NCBI GenBank assembly: GCA_051313645.2
Contig: JBNRSN020000011.1
Location: 64,480,001-64,544,000 of the forward strand
Source of the DNA: Centroscyllium fabricii
Lineage: Eukaryota
Reading direction: 5' to 3'
Length of the DNA stretch: 64,000 bases
Part shown: in pieces, positions 35,301 through 47,452 of the stretch
How the letters are laid out: each line of letters starts with the position of its first letter
How positions within the stretch are numbered: position 1 is the first letter of the stretch
Translations under genes and position numbers: made by a program
Notes under the pieces: generated by a model
Database searches by the model: none
Told to the model about the DNA's origin: nothing
The model's input: only the letters and a program-made list of their open reading frames with translations

Positions 35301-36401
35301 GGGGGGGGGGGTGTTGAATGGAGGTGCATGAAAGGGGATATGAGAGGTGTCAATACAATATCAAGTGGAATAAAAAAGGTTATAGTTGAACCACAGCTGC
35401 AGGACTGAGCCGTGAGTACAAAGCGACAGAAGCCAAGTTCTGGACCATCAGGTAGCACTACACACACAAAGTAATCAGTACTTGGACCGGTCTTCCAGCT
35501 AGGTGGTGGTGGAGCTCAAAGCTTGTGAGCCATTCAAGAGGCAGCCAGATGGGGGGGAGGTCAGTTTTATGGATGAACTAGTTGGGGCAAATGGCTGCTC
35601 TCTATTTATCTGAGAATCTGTGTTAAGATGAGATTTACCTGAGACGTTGCTATGGCGGAATAACCTGCCACTGTTTAGACGAACTGTCTCGTCTTCTGGA
35701 AGGCTGCTGATGCCTGTGGAATTGTACCTCAACATGTATCTGCTTTCAGGACAGGATTCAGAGGGGGTAGAATTTCTGACAAAAAAGTTGGTGGGTGGTG
35801 AAATCCTGAGTTTTGAGCATGTTTACAATAATCTGCTGTCCCTAATTACGAGTAATTAGGAACTGTTCCAAGTAGGTCTGTTAAAATAAGGCAGGATTTC
35901 AGTTTGAGGGCTGTGATGTGTGTATATATAGTACGAGTTGGAGAGATGTCAATGGGACACTAATTATATGGAATAATGACTGACTAGTTTGCAAATTTAC
36001 AGGTTCAGTCAGGTAAATGTTTTAGTTGAGCACCTGCAGGTACAGGCCTGGGGCGGAACCTGGAGATTTGTGAATGCGCAGCACACACAGCATGAATGGG
36101 ACTGAGCAGAGACTGAGCAGACGCCTTGAAGCAGACCTAGAAGCTGATGGGTTGGAATTGTAACTGTTTCCTCGCAGTTAGTGTTTACAGTCAAGTACTA
36201 TGAGCATCAATTTACTTGATACTCAGCCTAAGTAATTTTTTCTTCCTCAGTTGTTATAAATATCAACATGAACTGAGTTATATTTTCTTGAATCCGCTGT
36301 TTTTTAAAGCCATGAATTTATTAACTACTTCTTGAAAATTGTAGCTGTTCTTGTGGTTTGGATGCCTGTATACATCCTGTATTTATACAGCTCATCATTG
36401 A

Positions 36402-36799
36402 GGGCGGCACGGTGGCATAGTGGTTAGCACTGTTGCCTTACAGCACTAGAGACGCGGGTTCAAATCCAGCCTCGGGTACTATCTGTGTGGAGTTTGCACA
36501 TTCTCCCCGTGTCTGCGTGGGTTTCCTCCGGGTGCTCCGGTTTCCTCCCACAGTCCAAAGATGTGCGGGTTAGGTTGATTGGCCAGGATAAATTGACCTA
36601 GTGTTAGGGGGATTGAATATGTGGGGTTACGGGGATAGGGTGGGATATGTGTCGGTGCAGGTTCGATAGGGATCGAGGGATATGGGGAGAAGGCGGGGCG
36701 GGGTACTGGGTTTGGATGATCAGCCATGATCTCGTTGAATGGCGGAGCAGGCTCGAAGGGCCGAATGGCCTACTCCTCGTATCTTCTGTGTTTCTATGT
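36402..36799 (+). mobile_element. Full-length HE1/V-SINE-type SINE (long CR1-derived tail)
   Basis: tRNA head, V-domain, tail GATCAGCCATGATCTCGTTGAATGGCGGAGCAGGCTCG...; lies 160 bp upstream of exon 4. Confidence 0.92.
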
Positions 36800-36958
36800 G
36801 TTATTCACATGAGCAGAGTGCATTGCAACCTAATGATCTTTGTTAAGTGAACACTGTGTGTGTGTGTTGTGCATGTGCATGTCTGGAGTAGATGATTGTC
36901 TTATGCATTTTAGAATAAGAGAAATAATTAGTAACACAACTGTTATTTTCTCCCCCAG

Positions 36959-37043
36959 TGTATTTTGGGACCTTTACTGTGCAGCTCCAGAAAGGCGAGA
37001 TACATGTGAACATTCGAGTGAAGCAAAAGCCTTCCATGATTAT
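36959..37043 (+). CDS. SSBP3: SSBP3 coding exon 4
   Basis: CCCCAG acceptor, [28 protein letters not shown], donor GTGAGT; ERRDT is the SSBP3-type sequence. Exons 1-4 total 276 nt in frame. Confidence 0.97.
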
Positions 37044-39712
37044 GTGAGTGTTTTTAAAATTCCGTTGAATAATTGTAGGGTTAAATAATTTCTGTTGTGT
37101 AGAGAGTGGCTGCCAAATGGTGTGTCATTTCTGGAGTTGACAGTGTTGATGCTTGTTTGCAGATTCTTAATCATTTTGGGGAGAAATTTTATTGTTGTAA
37201 ATTTCTATCAAATACAAATCCTGTTCTAGAACTTAGCGGTATACAGTTCAAAAATGATTGGTTGTGGATTTCTGACCTGAATGAACATTGGTTGACTAGT
37301 AAGAGATTTGGTTTGGCTTTGTTGGGTGCGTAACAATAAGCAAATGCAAAGAAAGGATTGAGAAAAATTTACAATGACGTTAAAACGCTGTTGGTATGAC
37401 TCCTTGTGGACATTATTTTTAAAGGTACTTTAGTTGAGCTACCGTGGGTTTGTTCTAGTTTTGCGTAAACCTTGAAATCTGGTTTGCTCATGGGAAGGAT
37501 TATTTGCCACTGTTGCCTTTTGCTTAATGTCTTGCCTGCATACTGGTACATGTAATGATTTTCAGCAGGTGCCTGGAGCACATCAATGCAGAGAGAGAGT
37601 CCGGGATCAGCCTGCTTTGTATCGAAGATCTAACGTCGAAACTTTCAGGATCATACATTGGAGATTGTTCTGCATAATTTAAGAACAAGCCATGGAAATG
37701 TGTTTGTCACAGAATGGAAATATTTTTTATGCAGATCAAATATCAAGTTTTTAAAGTAGACCCCTGTGAGTAGACCCCTGTAATTGAGAAAAGAAAATGG
37801 AAACTTTCATAGTTTGGCAACTTAACAGAAATAGACTTTAATGTGAGCATTCTATGAAGGCACTTGGTGATTGGATTGAGTGAGAATGAGATGCGTATTG
37901 GAGCAGAGTTTGTAACAGATATTTTAGTTTGCTTTGCTGTTCTTCCCTGGTGAACGTCTGTTTTCGTAGATGGGTTCGACTGGCTGCTGACACATGCTCT
38001 GCATAGTTAACACTTGGGCACTGGGGTGTCATAACTCAGTATGTCAGTGATGGTGAATGATAAATAGTACAAACTGCTTTCTTGGTGTAAAGCTAGCGCT
38101 ACAAGAGCAAGCTGCCTTTGTGGGAGTCAATTATTTTGGAAAACATTATCACGTTAGTGTGTGTAAAGCTGTTTCAAGAATTAATTTGTTTCACATAACT
38201 GCTCTTATTTCAAATTAAATAATTTGGGCTGGACAGATGCTTATATGCAGACAGAAGTTTTAAAAAATGGAACAACCGACACGAAGCTCGGAATGCACAG
38301 AATATCTGTCAACCGATGTTATGTGATGCTTTTTAGTAGGTAAAGCCTGGTCATCTTACTGCCGCTGCTGTTTGGGTGTGCTCTGTAGTCAAATGATGAC
38401 TGTATGGTTCAGCTCCGAGTTGGGCTCTTTTCTCTCATCTGCTTGCTAATGGAACATGAAGTAGACTCAATGTGCCTGTGTAAGAGTGAGAGCTGCACCT
38501 CCCCAGCGTGACTGTGCTAGAGCCTCGAAAATTTATAACCCTGGCACAAGGTTTTATGTGTTGGCCAGGTGACAACAACCTGTTTATGATTAACTGTACT
38601 GCAGGTGGAACTGAGTGGTTGGAGCTAGGCTAAAGTGACCGGTTGAGTGACGATAGTTCACCAAACTTTTAGGAAAAGGCGTTGAAGCATATATGCCGCA
38701 TAATGTTGCAATGCTGCAATATTCTGCAGCGCACTAGAAAAATGCAGTTTGACACTCAGAATAATTCTGTGTTTCTGGCCTTGTGTATATAGCACTCTTT
38801 TACTGGGACAAAATTGAGTATTTTGCATTTTTTGTGCTTTTTAAAAAAAATAAAAAAAAAATTAAAAAAAATAGATTTACATTACCCCAATATAAGCGGA
38901 AGGTGTCTATAGACCTCTAGCTCACACTAAGTTTTAAAACCTTCATTGTTAAAGTTGTTTATGTAAATCATAACCTATCTGAATATTTTGGCAGGTTCTG
39001 TGTTTAGTCTGCTATAAGCATTGGATGGCTTACAATGGGTAGCTATCATGGAAACATGTTTCTTTGCAATGTAAAAGCATCTATCCTGACTAATTTTGAA
39101 CAGAAGAGTTGGTAATTACAGACACACCTTCTCAGATTTGAGCAAAAAAAGCATTAGGTGAAAGAATCTTGTCTGATTCCCACTAGCTCAGTGGCTAAAA
39201 ACATTGTTTTTGTGGTATTGAGCGATACAGACCTGGATGATGTTGGCTTTGATCCTCTTGGTGAGTTAGCTGATCTTCAACCAGAACTGCAGTTAGGATG
39301 CTGCAATTCACCTCCATACTCCTTGGAATGTTTTTTTAAGAGGAGGAAATTGGCTGAAAGTCTTGATTCTGTTTGTTATCCAGTGATGTGTGGGTGGCTG
39401 ATGAGCACAGGAAGAATACAAAACACTTGAAGTTAAGAGGGTGCTGGTACCCATGGAACTGTGTGTACCATTATAAGTCACTGCCAACAAGATAAAGGAA
39501 AAATTGAAAGAATAAAGAATCTTCTATGAATGACCCCTGTCCCAAGGTTAGACTTCCCTGTATGTAAAGCAGGCATGTGTGCAGTCAGAACTTGATGGTT
39601 AGCTCAGACTTTTCCTGATGACTTGGCAGGTTTTTAAAATAAAAACATTGCTTGGAGTTGCACAAAGCCAAACCTGAAGCATCCAGGTTTAATCATGGTC
39701 TGTGATGGGTTA

Positions 39713-40046
39713 CCTCAAATGCTGCCTACGGAGGTCTCTGAACATTATTAAAGACCCCACACACCCCAGCCACAGTCTGTTCGCCCCCCTGCCCTCCGGG
39801 AGACGCTACAGATCAATTCACACCCGCACGACTAGATTCAAGAACAGCTTCTTCCCCAGGGCTGTCAGCCTCCTGAACTCTTTATAAATTAAAAAAAAAA
39901 ACACTCCAGTATCTGCACACCTGAAATGTATCTTACTGTATGCAATTGTATGTAATTTATTTGCACTACTCTCGGAAGCGGCGAGTCTTCGTCTCGTTGT
40001 ATTGTACTAGTACTCTGCAATGACAATAAAACTTGAATTGAATTGA
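39713..40046 (+). mobile_element. Rex1/Babar-type LINE 3' end
   Basis: NIIKDPTHPSHSLFAPLPSGRRYRSIHTRTTRFKNSFFPRAVSLLNS*, then AATAAA and a (TTGAA)n tail. Confidence 0.85.
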
Positions 40047-40516
40047 AGTTAGCTGCTCTCGATTGAGGTAGCAGTTAGGGTGTTGCAACTGGGCTGCCCA
40101 CTTCTGGATTGGAACCGTGTAAAATCAGCTCCTGATCTCGTGATTCCTACTGGAAATTGGGCATTTGGCAAGAGCAGGATTGGGCTTGGCTGCGATGCTA
40201 GTGCTCACTGTCTAGGCCACTGCATAAAGAATGAGGATGAAGTTGGTGCCTACAAGGAGAATATTGGGAAGAAATGTATAAATGCCCAGAATTGAAAAAT
40301 CATTGCTCAGCGTTGGTGCCCAATGCTGATAGCATTCTAAACCAGAGTTTGCATAATGCTGGTGTAGTTACTGTCATGGCCCTTTGGCCTTTGATTCTCT
40401 AAGAATGTCAGAAGGCATCTTTACATTGTCCTAGGAGGTCCTGAGAAGCAACTGCCATTCTAATGAAAGTCCACTCGCGGCTGGAGCCCTGAGATTCAGT
40501 TGTGAACAAAGTACAT

Positions 40517-40824
40517 GGGGCGGCACGGTGGCATAGTGGTTAGCACTGTTGCATTACAGCGCTAGGGGCCCGGGTTCAAATCTGGCCTCGGGTGTATCTG
40601 TGTGGAGTTTGCACATTCTCCCCGTGTCTGCGTGGGTTTCCTCCGGGTGCTCCGGTTTCCTCCCACAGTCCAAAGATGTGCGGGTTAGGTTGATTGGCCA
40701 TGATAAATTGACCCTTAGTGTTAGGGGGATTAAATATGTGGGGGTTACGGAGATAGGGTGGAATATGTGTCGGTGCAGGCTCGATGGGCCGAAATGGCCT
40801 CTATCTGCACTGTAGGGATTCTAT
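40517..40824 (+). mobile_element. HE1/V-SINE-type SINE (short-tail subfamily)
   Basis: Same structure as 10956-11260. Confidence 0.92.
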
Positions 40825-41178
40825 GAAACTCGACGGCAGCTTGCCAGATCGATGAAAATGTGGCTTTCCAATGACTGTTTATAGACTGGATACATTATAA
40901 TAGAGATTGCAATTAAGGCCGGGTGTACTGTGTCTCTGCCGTAAGTGTGCCCAGAGGGACTACAGTTTGCTTCTTGTATGTCTACGTGTGAGTAGATTAC
41001 ATTGTAGAGCATGCACTTCTACAGTTGAATAGTGCAGTATCAACCTTTGCTGTAAGGATACTTGCATTCTCCCTCAAGGTTTTTTTCAGTGATTGCTTGT
41101 TTCAGGCATCCAGAACCACTGTACAAGTCCTCATTATGCCATCGTCCTAATAGTTAAAATCTGGTCACATGAGTTAAT

Positions 41179-41921
41179 GGGCCAGAAATTCTGGTCCCGA
41201 CGGGTGAGTACTCGCTGGGTACTCTGTAGGCCTAACGAAAGTGCCGGTTTCGTGCATGCACTGCGCATGAGTGGGAAACCGGAACTTCCGTTCCCTTAAA
41301 GGAAGGGGTTCACAGGTTGAATGCGTGCGCTGGAGAGGCAGCCCGTACGCCTGGAACTTCCTTTTTTTTTGCTGGTTTCTCCGGGTGGGTAAGTCTCCAG
41401 CAGCTATGCTTATAAAAAGCAGTCGCAAGGCCTGCTTTTAACCAGGTAAGTGGTGAATTAAGTAAAATTAAAAAAAAATTCCCACAGGTTTATTATTTTT
41501 AAATACTTTAAAGAAAGGTAAGTTTATTTTTAGCCCCGCTGGAAACCGTAATTAATTTTTTCAAAAATTAAAATTGTTTAAAAGTTATTATGTAATTTAT
41601 AGTTATTTAAAAAATTTGATTTTTAAAAATTTATTTGAAGTTTTAGTTATATTTTGGGGCTGATCTCTAATTCCATAAATTTGACAGGTCTTCCTGTCAA
41701 ATCTATGAATCGAGATTCCCTGCTACGATTGGCTCTCCATGGCCCAGGGGATGCTTCGAACTAACTGCGCCCCTGGGATACGCAAGCACTGCGCGCCGGC
41801 AGTTGGAGCAGGCCCAGGATCAGAATCCCACGCGGGCCCACAGCTCAACAGCTGGCGCGCTGGGTAAGTGCAGGTCGGGGGCTCGCACCTGCGGGAAGCC
41901 CCCGACCCAAATTTCTGGGCC
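41179..41921. mobile_element. PIF/Harbinger-like MITE
   Basis: TIRs GGGCCAGAAATT / AATTTCTGGGCC, 3-bp TSD AAT, AT-rich centre with CpG-rich flanks. Confidence 0.75.
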
Positions 41922-42378
41922 AATATCACAGTTAGCACCAAATAATGTTTTAATGCAAATTTTCAATGGATTGTATACATCTGGCTATAAATTGATGCCA
42001 TAACTTCTGTGTGTATCAAATTTCTGTTGCAAGCGATTTCCTGTTTTGCTTTCTCTCAGACCCTCAAAATTGGGACCCAAGTGCGGCTCCAGCTAAAAGG
42101 GTGCGGTTCAACAGAAGTCAACATCTCCCCAAGTGCTCATTCTTGTGTGTGTCGATGGACTATTTGACTGTGGGAACAGCAGCAGAGCCAGTTTTCACCT
42201 GATATGTGTGAACATTTTCTGGCAGAGATCACTGGATAATGAATAGGAGCAAGAACCTGTCTTGATTTTGTTTTTTGCCTCCAGCCTAGGAACATAAAAC
42301 CAATTATTCTAATTGCTACACCGGCAGAGATTACCTGACTGAGATTTGAATTTGAGACCCTCTAGTCTGGATGAGGTA

Positions 42379-42779
42379 CAGGTTGAAGTTCGTTAATCCG
42401 GCACGGGCGGGACCAGGCCCGTACTGGACAAGTGAAAATCCTGAACGGCGAGCGCATGCGCAGACCATTCAAAATGGCCGCCGCGAAAGGCCGGTGGTCA
42501 TTTTGAGTCGTCTGCGCATGCGCTGATCATTCGGGGAGACCCGGCTCTCGGAGGCTCGCAGCGACCAGGCTCTCTGAGGCTCGCAGCGGCTCGGGATCGG
42601 CTCGGCCATTGTGAATGATCTGCGCATGTGCTCGCCATTTGGCGGCGCATGCGCAGATCATTCGCCGAGGCATCGATCCCAGTGGCCATTTTGCTCATGC
42701 GCAGGGCAGTCGGGGAGATTGTTGCCAGACGTTCGAAGTTGCCGGTTTTTCGGGTGCCGTACTAACGAACTTTAACCTG
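42379..42779. mobile_element. Tigger/pogo-like MITE, same family as 5551, opposite orientation
   Basis: TA-CAGGTTGAAGTTCGTTAATCCGGCAC ... ACGAACTTTAACCTG-TA. Confidence 0.9.
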
Positions 42780-44947
42780 TAGTAATTTATGGGATGATGT
42801 GTTTACCGCCTCAGCCATTGGAGGAGGTGCCGTTAGCTGAGGTTTATCACCGCTTTGTCCTGTCTGCTGTACTTGTATGCAACTGTTCCGTGTTTTAGCA
42901 AGAGACAGCTGTTTATGATGTATGTGACGTCAGTCTAACTTCAGTGCTCTGCTTCACATGTGTGGGTTACTGATAGTACGGATTGGAGTGGGTTTAATAT
43001 GCCCATTTAATCAGCGCACCCAGTTGGTTCAAAATTGAAACGTGCAATTATTATGTTTTTCTTGCTGCCAGCCCCAAAGCCATTGACTTAAGCTGGGTTG
43101 CAGCTACCAGGCTCCCTCTGGTCCAAGGATACACTCATGAAGAGTGATCACAGGCAGCAAGCATTAGCAGGCTATGGGACCATGAGACACTGATGGTTGA
43201 GGCTAGTCCTGGCTTGCCAGTTGTCCGCACGCGATCTCTTCCTGCAAGAGTCACTAGATAGCGTTCAGCACTGGAACTTGGATTTATTTTGCCTTTGCCA
43301 ACTCCGAGGTCGTGCTACCAATGGAAGCGCCCTGCTGATGTCTCAGCTGAGGTCGTCTAAGCCAGGACAAGTTGTCGGTCAAACTGTGGGCTTTCCAAAT
43401 CTGTATCGCTCAGTTCCCACCAGGGATGCATGTACTAACTGTGCAGCATCGAGAAGTTCTTGTTTGTCTTGAACAGTTTTCTGTTTGAGTTCTTCTGTAA
43501 TGGTCATTGTGGGTGCAGCCTGGTGTACTGTGTTCTGTAACATGCACCAACTATACCATTACTTGTGTGAGGAGTGTGTAATTGAGTCTTTGAATTTCTG
43601 AGGCTTGAACTTCAGTTTGTGGAAGGAATTCTTTAACCATAATGACTAGAAATGGATCAGTTAGTTGCTGCGGTTTAGTATTGGCGTAGGTTTTGGCTGG
43701 AGTACGACATTCAGATGGGACGGGTGACTGCCAAGTTGGCTTTGCATTGTTTTGAGTCATTAGACACAGTTCAGTAAAATTTACCTTGAAAAATAGTGAA
43801 AATGATGGACTCGTTAGCTGGTTATAATTCATTTTCATTGTGCGTTAATGGACGATATTACTAAAATGTTAGAATGCTTATAAGTTTCCCTATATTCTGT
43901 ACTGCTTGGATTTAATTAAAAAAATACCATATAGTGACCAAGAGGGAATGTTCTGAGAATGTGAAGTTGTGGCATTTCCACCCTATTAGTTGATGGCCTC
44001 TGGTGAGTTCCATGTGTCCTAGCAGCACCTTCCCCAGGGGTTAGCAGCAGGTAGAATCTTTCCCCTCCGGTCTTGAAGGCGCTGATAGGTCATTGCTCAG
44101 TTCCACAAGTAACAGCAGCACTTTAACACCTCGCCCAAGTGGACCGTCTTCCTGTGTGAGCCCCAGCAGACATTATTGGCAGGCTATTTGACTGTGGAAG
44201 GTATGCCTGACGAATCTGATACTGTTGTCATTCAGCATGCACATTCCAGTGATGGCCATTACATTTCCTTTTCCCTGGCTTGGTGTTGCTGAGACCAATT
44301 TTAGTGACCCTATCATCACCCTGGCTGAGTTCAGCTAACTCGGCACAGATGCGGGAATCGAATGTGCGTGCGGCCTTCTGCTCTCTACTTCATTGAGTTT
44401 AAGGTGCTTTGGAACGTCCCGAGTTCGTGAAAGGCGCGCGATAAATGCAAGTCTATTTTGACTCCGTACTGTGTGGAGTAACCCATTTATCGTCTGTGCC
44501 ACAGGGCGAGCTTTGAAATCAACTTTTAAAGGAGACTTCTGTTGTGGAAGCTATACTCTGGAAATTTCTAATGTAGGGAGCAGACAAGGTAGGTGAGTAG
44601 AGATTATTGAAACACTAATAAATGAGTATATTAAACCCACTCCAATCCGTACTATCAGAATCCACACCGGCTAAGCAGAGCAGTGAAGTTAGACTGACAT
44701 CACATACATCATAAATAGCTGTCTCTTGCTAAAACACAGGACAGTTGCATACAACTGTAGAGTAGGGGAAGAAATCGAGTAAATGGAGAAGGATCAACCC
44801 TTCAGGTTCCTTAACCCAGTATCCTAGAGTGGACTGCAGTCATGGCTGAGCAGCATTTGTTATACATCAGATTAATTTGGCTTAAATATATTTGCAGATT
44901 TTAGTAAAGGTTTAAAAAAAAACCACCAGAATTTTGGAATAATGGTT

Positions 44948-45514
44948 GAGTAGATTGGGACTCTACTCATTGGAGTTCAGAAGAATGAGGGGAGATCTTA
45001 TTGAAACATATAAGATTGTGAAGGGGTTGGATCGGGTGGATGCGGGGAAGATGTTCCCAATGATGGGTGAAACTAGAACTAGGGGGCATAAACTTAGAAT
45101 AAGGGGCTGCTCTTTCAAAACTAAGATGAGGAGAAACTACTTCACTCAGAGGGTAGTAGGTCCATGGAACATGCTGCCCCAAAAGCTGTAGAAGCTACTT
45201 GATTACATAAATTTAAAACAGAAATAGACAGTTTCCTGGTAGTAAAAGGGATTAAAGGTTACGGGGAGCGGGCAGGAACTTGGACATGAGTCTAAGTTCA
45301 GATCGGTCATGGCCCTGTGGGTAGTGGAGCGGGCCCAGGGACCGTGTAGCCTGATCCTGCTCCTATTTCTTGTGTCGAATTCTGTTAGATGCAGGAGATG
45401 CTTCTGTGATAGTAGGTTGGTTGTTAGATCAGATCAGCCATGATCTTATTGAATGGCGGGACGGGCTCGAAGGGCCGATTGGCCTACTCCTGCTCCTATT
45501 TCTTATGTTCTTAT
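44948..45514 (+). mobile_element. CR1 3' fragment
   Basis: RLGLYSLEFRRMRGDLIETYKIV...RRNYFTQRVV, 3' UTR and (TTCTTATG)n tail. Confidence 0.95.
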
Positions 45515-47029
45515 AAAAGCACTGAATGGTGGAAATGTATTGCGGGTGGACTAGCATTGGAAAGAGTAGGGACAGGTTAATGATTTGCCCGTGGAGGAAA
45601 GGGGAGCAATTCTGCCAAGTTTGTTTGTACAGATTTGAGTACTGATCCTAGGTTACAGTGCAGCGTCAGAAGTGGACTGCGTAGTGCAAATGAGACTGCA
45701 TCATCTGAAGCCTACGGTAGGGATGTAAAAGGCGCTGAATGGCCAAACCGTCCCAGGCAACCGGCCAGTTTGTTTATAGTCCTGGTATCTTGGAAATGGT
45801 ATCAGTGATGCAAGTAAACACTTGATACAGCATTGTATGGCTGATACTCTGGTGTTACACATGCAACAGATGGTTGGATGTGTTAGTTTTTTTTTTACAG
45901 CTCCCCCAATAGCTGCGCAAGTAGCTGAGCTGTACAAAGCAGAAATCCCAGATTTGATCCTCGAGCTGATGGCTGAGTTCAGCTGGGATGTGGGTGCTGG
46001 GCTGGGGGTCACTATAATGGGCTTTATTTTTACCTGAGTTAGGGAGGGGAAAAAGAGCCAGGTTTTCTGCTCCACATGGGTCTTGCTGGAAAGTACATAT
46101 GTGTGGATCTGGGTCAGTTTTGGTACCCACTGAAATCAACATTGACAAAGCTGATCTGTGACTGCTGCCTGTTTGGGAAATGTACCTGAGAACACTTGTG
46201 GAACTGTGACCCAGTCACGAATCATCTTCAAAAGAGGTAGGAAATCAAAAATGGCAAGAAAAAGAGGGCGAGAAAAAGTGTGTGAAACCAAGTGACAACT
46301 GGGACTGTGTACTATTTTGTTTAAACTGGATGGTTAAAGGAAATGAGTCCTATTTTGGGAACAAAAGTTTCAAATTTGTGCTCTGTGATCATTTATAACT
46401 GATCATTGTTGGAACTCGTAGAGTGCCTCAAATGTGCAGGAGCTGATGTGGCAGAAGGAATTGCTCAGGTTGGTGGGTTGCAGTCTGGTGTCAGTTTATC
46501 AGGATTCGAATGCAAATTGTTTTGAAACCTTTCTGTCGTGAACTTAATTGAAACTTTTGTGATGTTTCATTCTGTGTGAGTTTGTGGATGAATAGATTCA
46601 ATTGTATGAAGGAGGTACAGTTAAGTGTTCTGTGAGGAAAATTGCTGACTAATGGTTTGCTGACAGTACACAGAAGCTGTCTTGGGTGTAACTCTGATAA
46701 CTGCATTTAAATATCAGGCAGAACATTGAAAATAGTCTGCGTATTTTACCGCAGGCGTGTTCTAAGTTTTGGGATGCGTTACATTTACAAAATACATAAT
46801 CCTTTGCTCTCATTCCCCCCCCGCCCCCACCCCAAGCACCAGACGCCTCTGTCACTTGCCATCCCTGCTGACACTAGATTGGATACTACTGTTGACACTG
46901 TTGTAACTGGCTGGCATGAGATGCACGAGAGGAACTGTGGTGGCTGTACTGCACCTCTGTGGATTCCCCGCCCCTGAGGAGCACCTCCCTGAAATGGTAT
47001 AGTTATCAAAAAACAGAGTTGCACTTGTA

Positions 47030-47452
47030 TGGCATCTTATATGCTTCATGTTCTAAAGGGTTTCACCGACAATTAATTAATTAATTTGAAGTGCAGTTAC
47101 TGTTAAGGGCAAACATGGTAGCCATTTTCTGGACAGCAAGAATCCACAAACTGCAGTGAGATGATCGGTCCATTAATTACTTTTGGTGGTGGTAGAGAGG
47201 GCTAGAACACTTTTTCCTCCTCTTTAAGTCATTCAAATTGGATCTTCAACATTCACTTGAAGCACTGGAACAAGTAACTACCTGGTCCTTAGTTTAATGT
47301 CTCATCTGAAGGACAGCACCTCTGGCAATGCAGTTACCCCCTCAGTACTGCACTGGAATGTCAGCCTTGATTATGGGCTCAAGTCCCAGAGTGTGGCTTG
47401 AATCCAGAAGTTTCTGATTCAGAAGCTAGAGTGTTAACCAACTGCGCCAAGG
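47030..47452 (-). mobile_element. DeuSINE-like relic
   Basis: TTTAATGTCTCATCTGAAGGACAGCACCTCTG...CCCTCAGTACTGCACTGGAATGTCAGCC resembles the reverse Deu-domain, with tRNA-like head at the right end. Confidence 0.65.
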
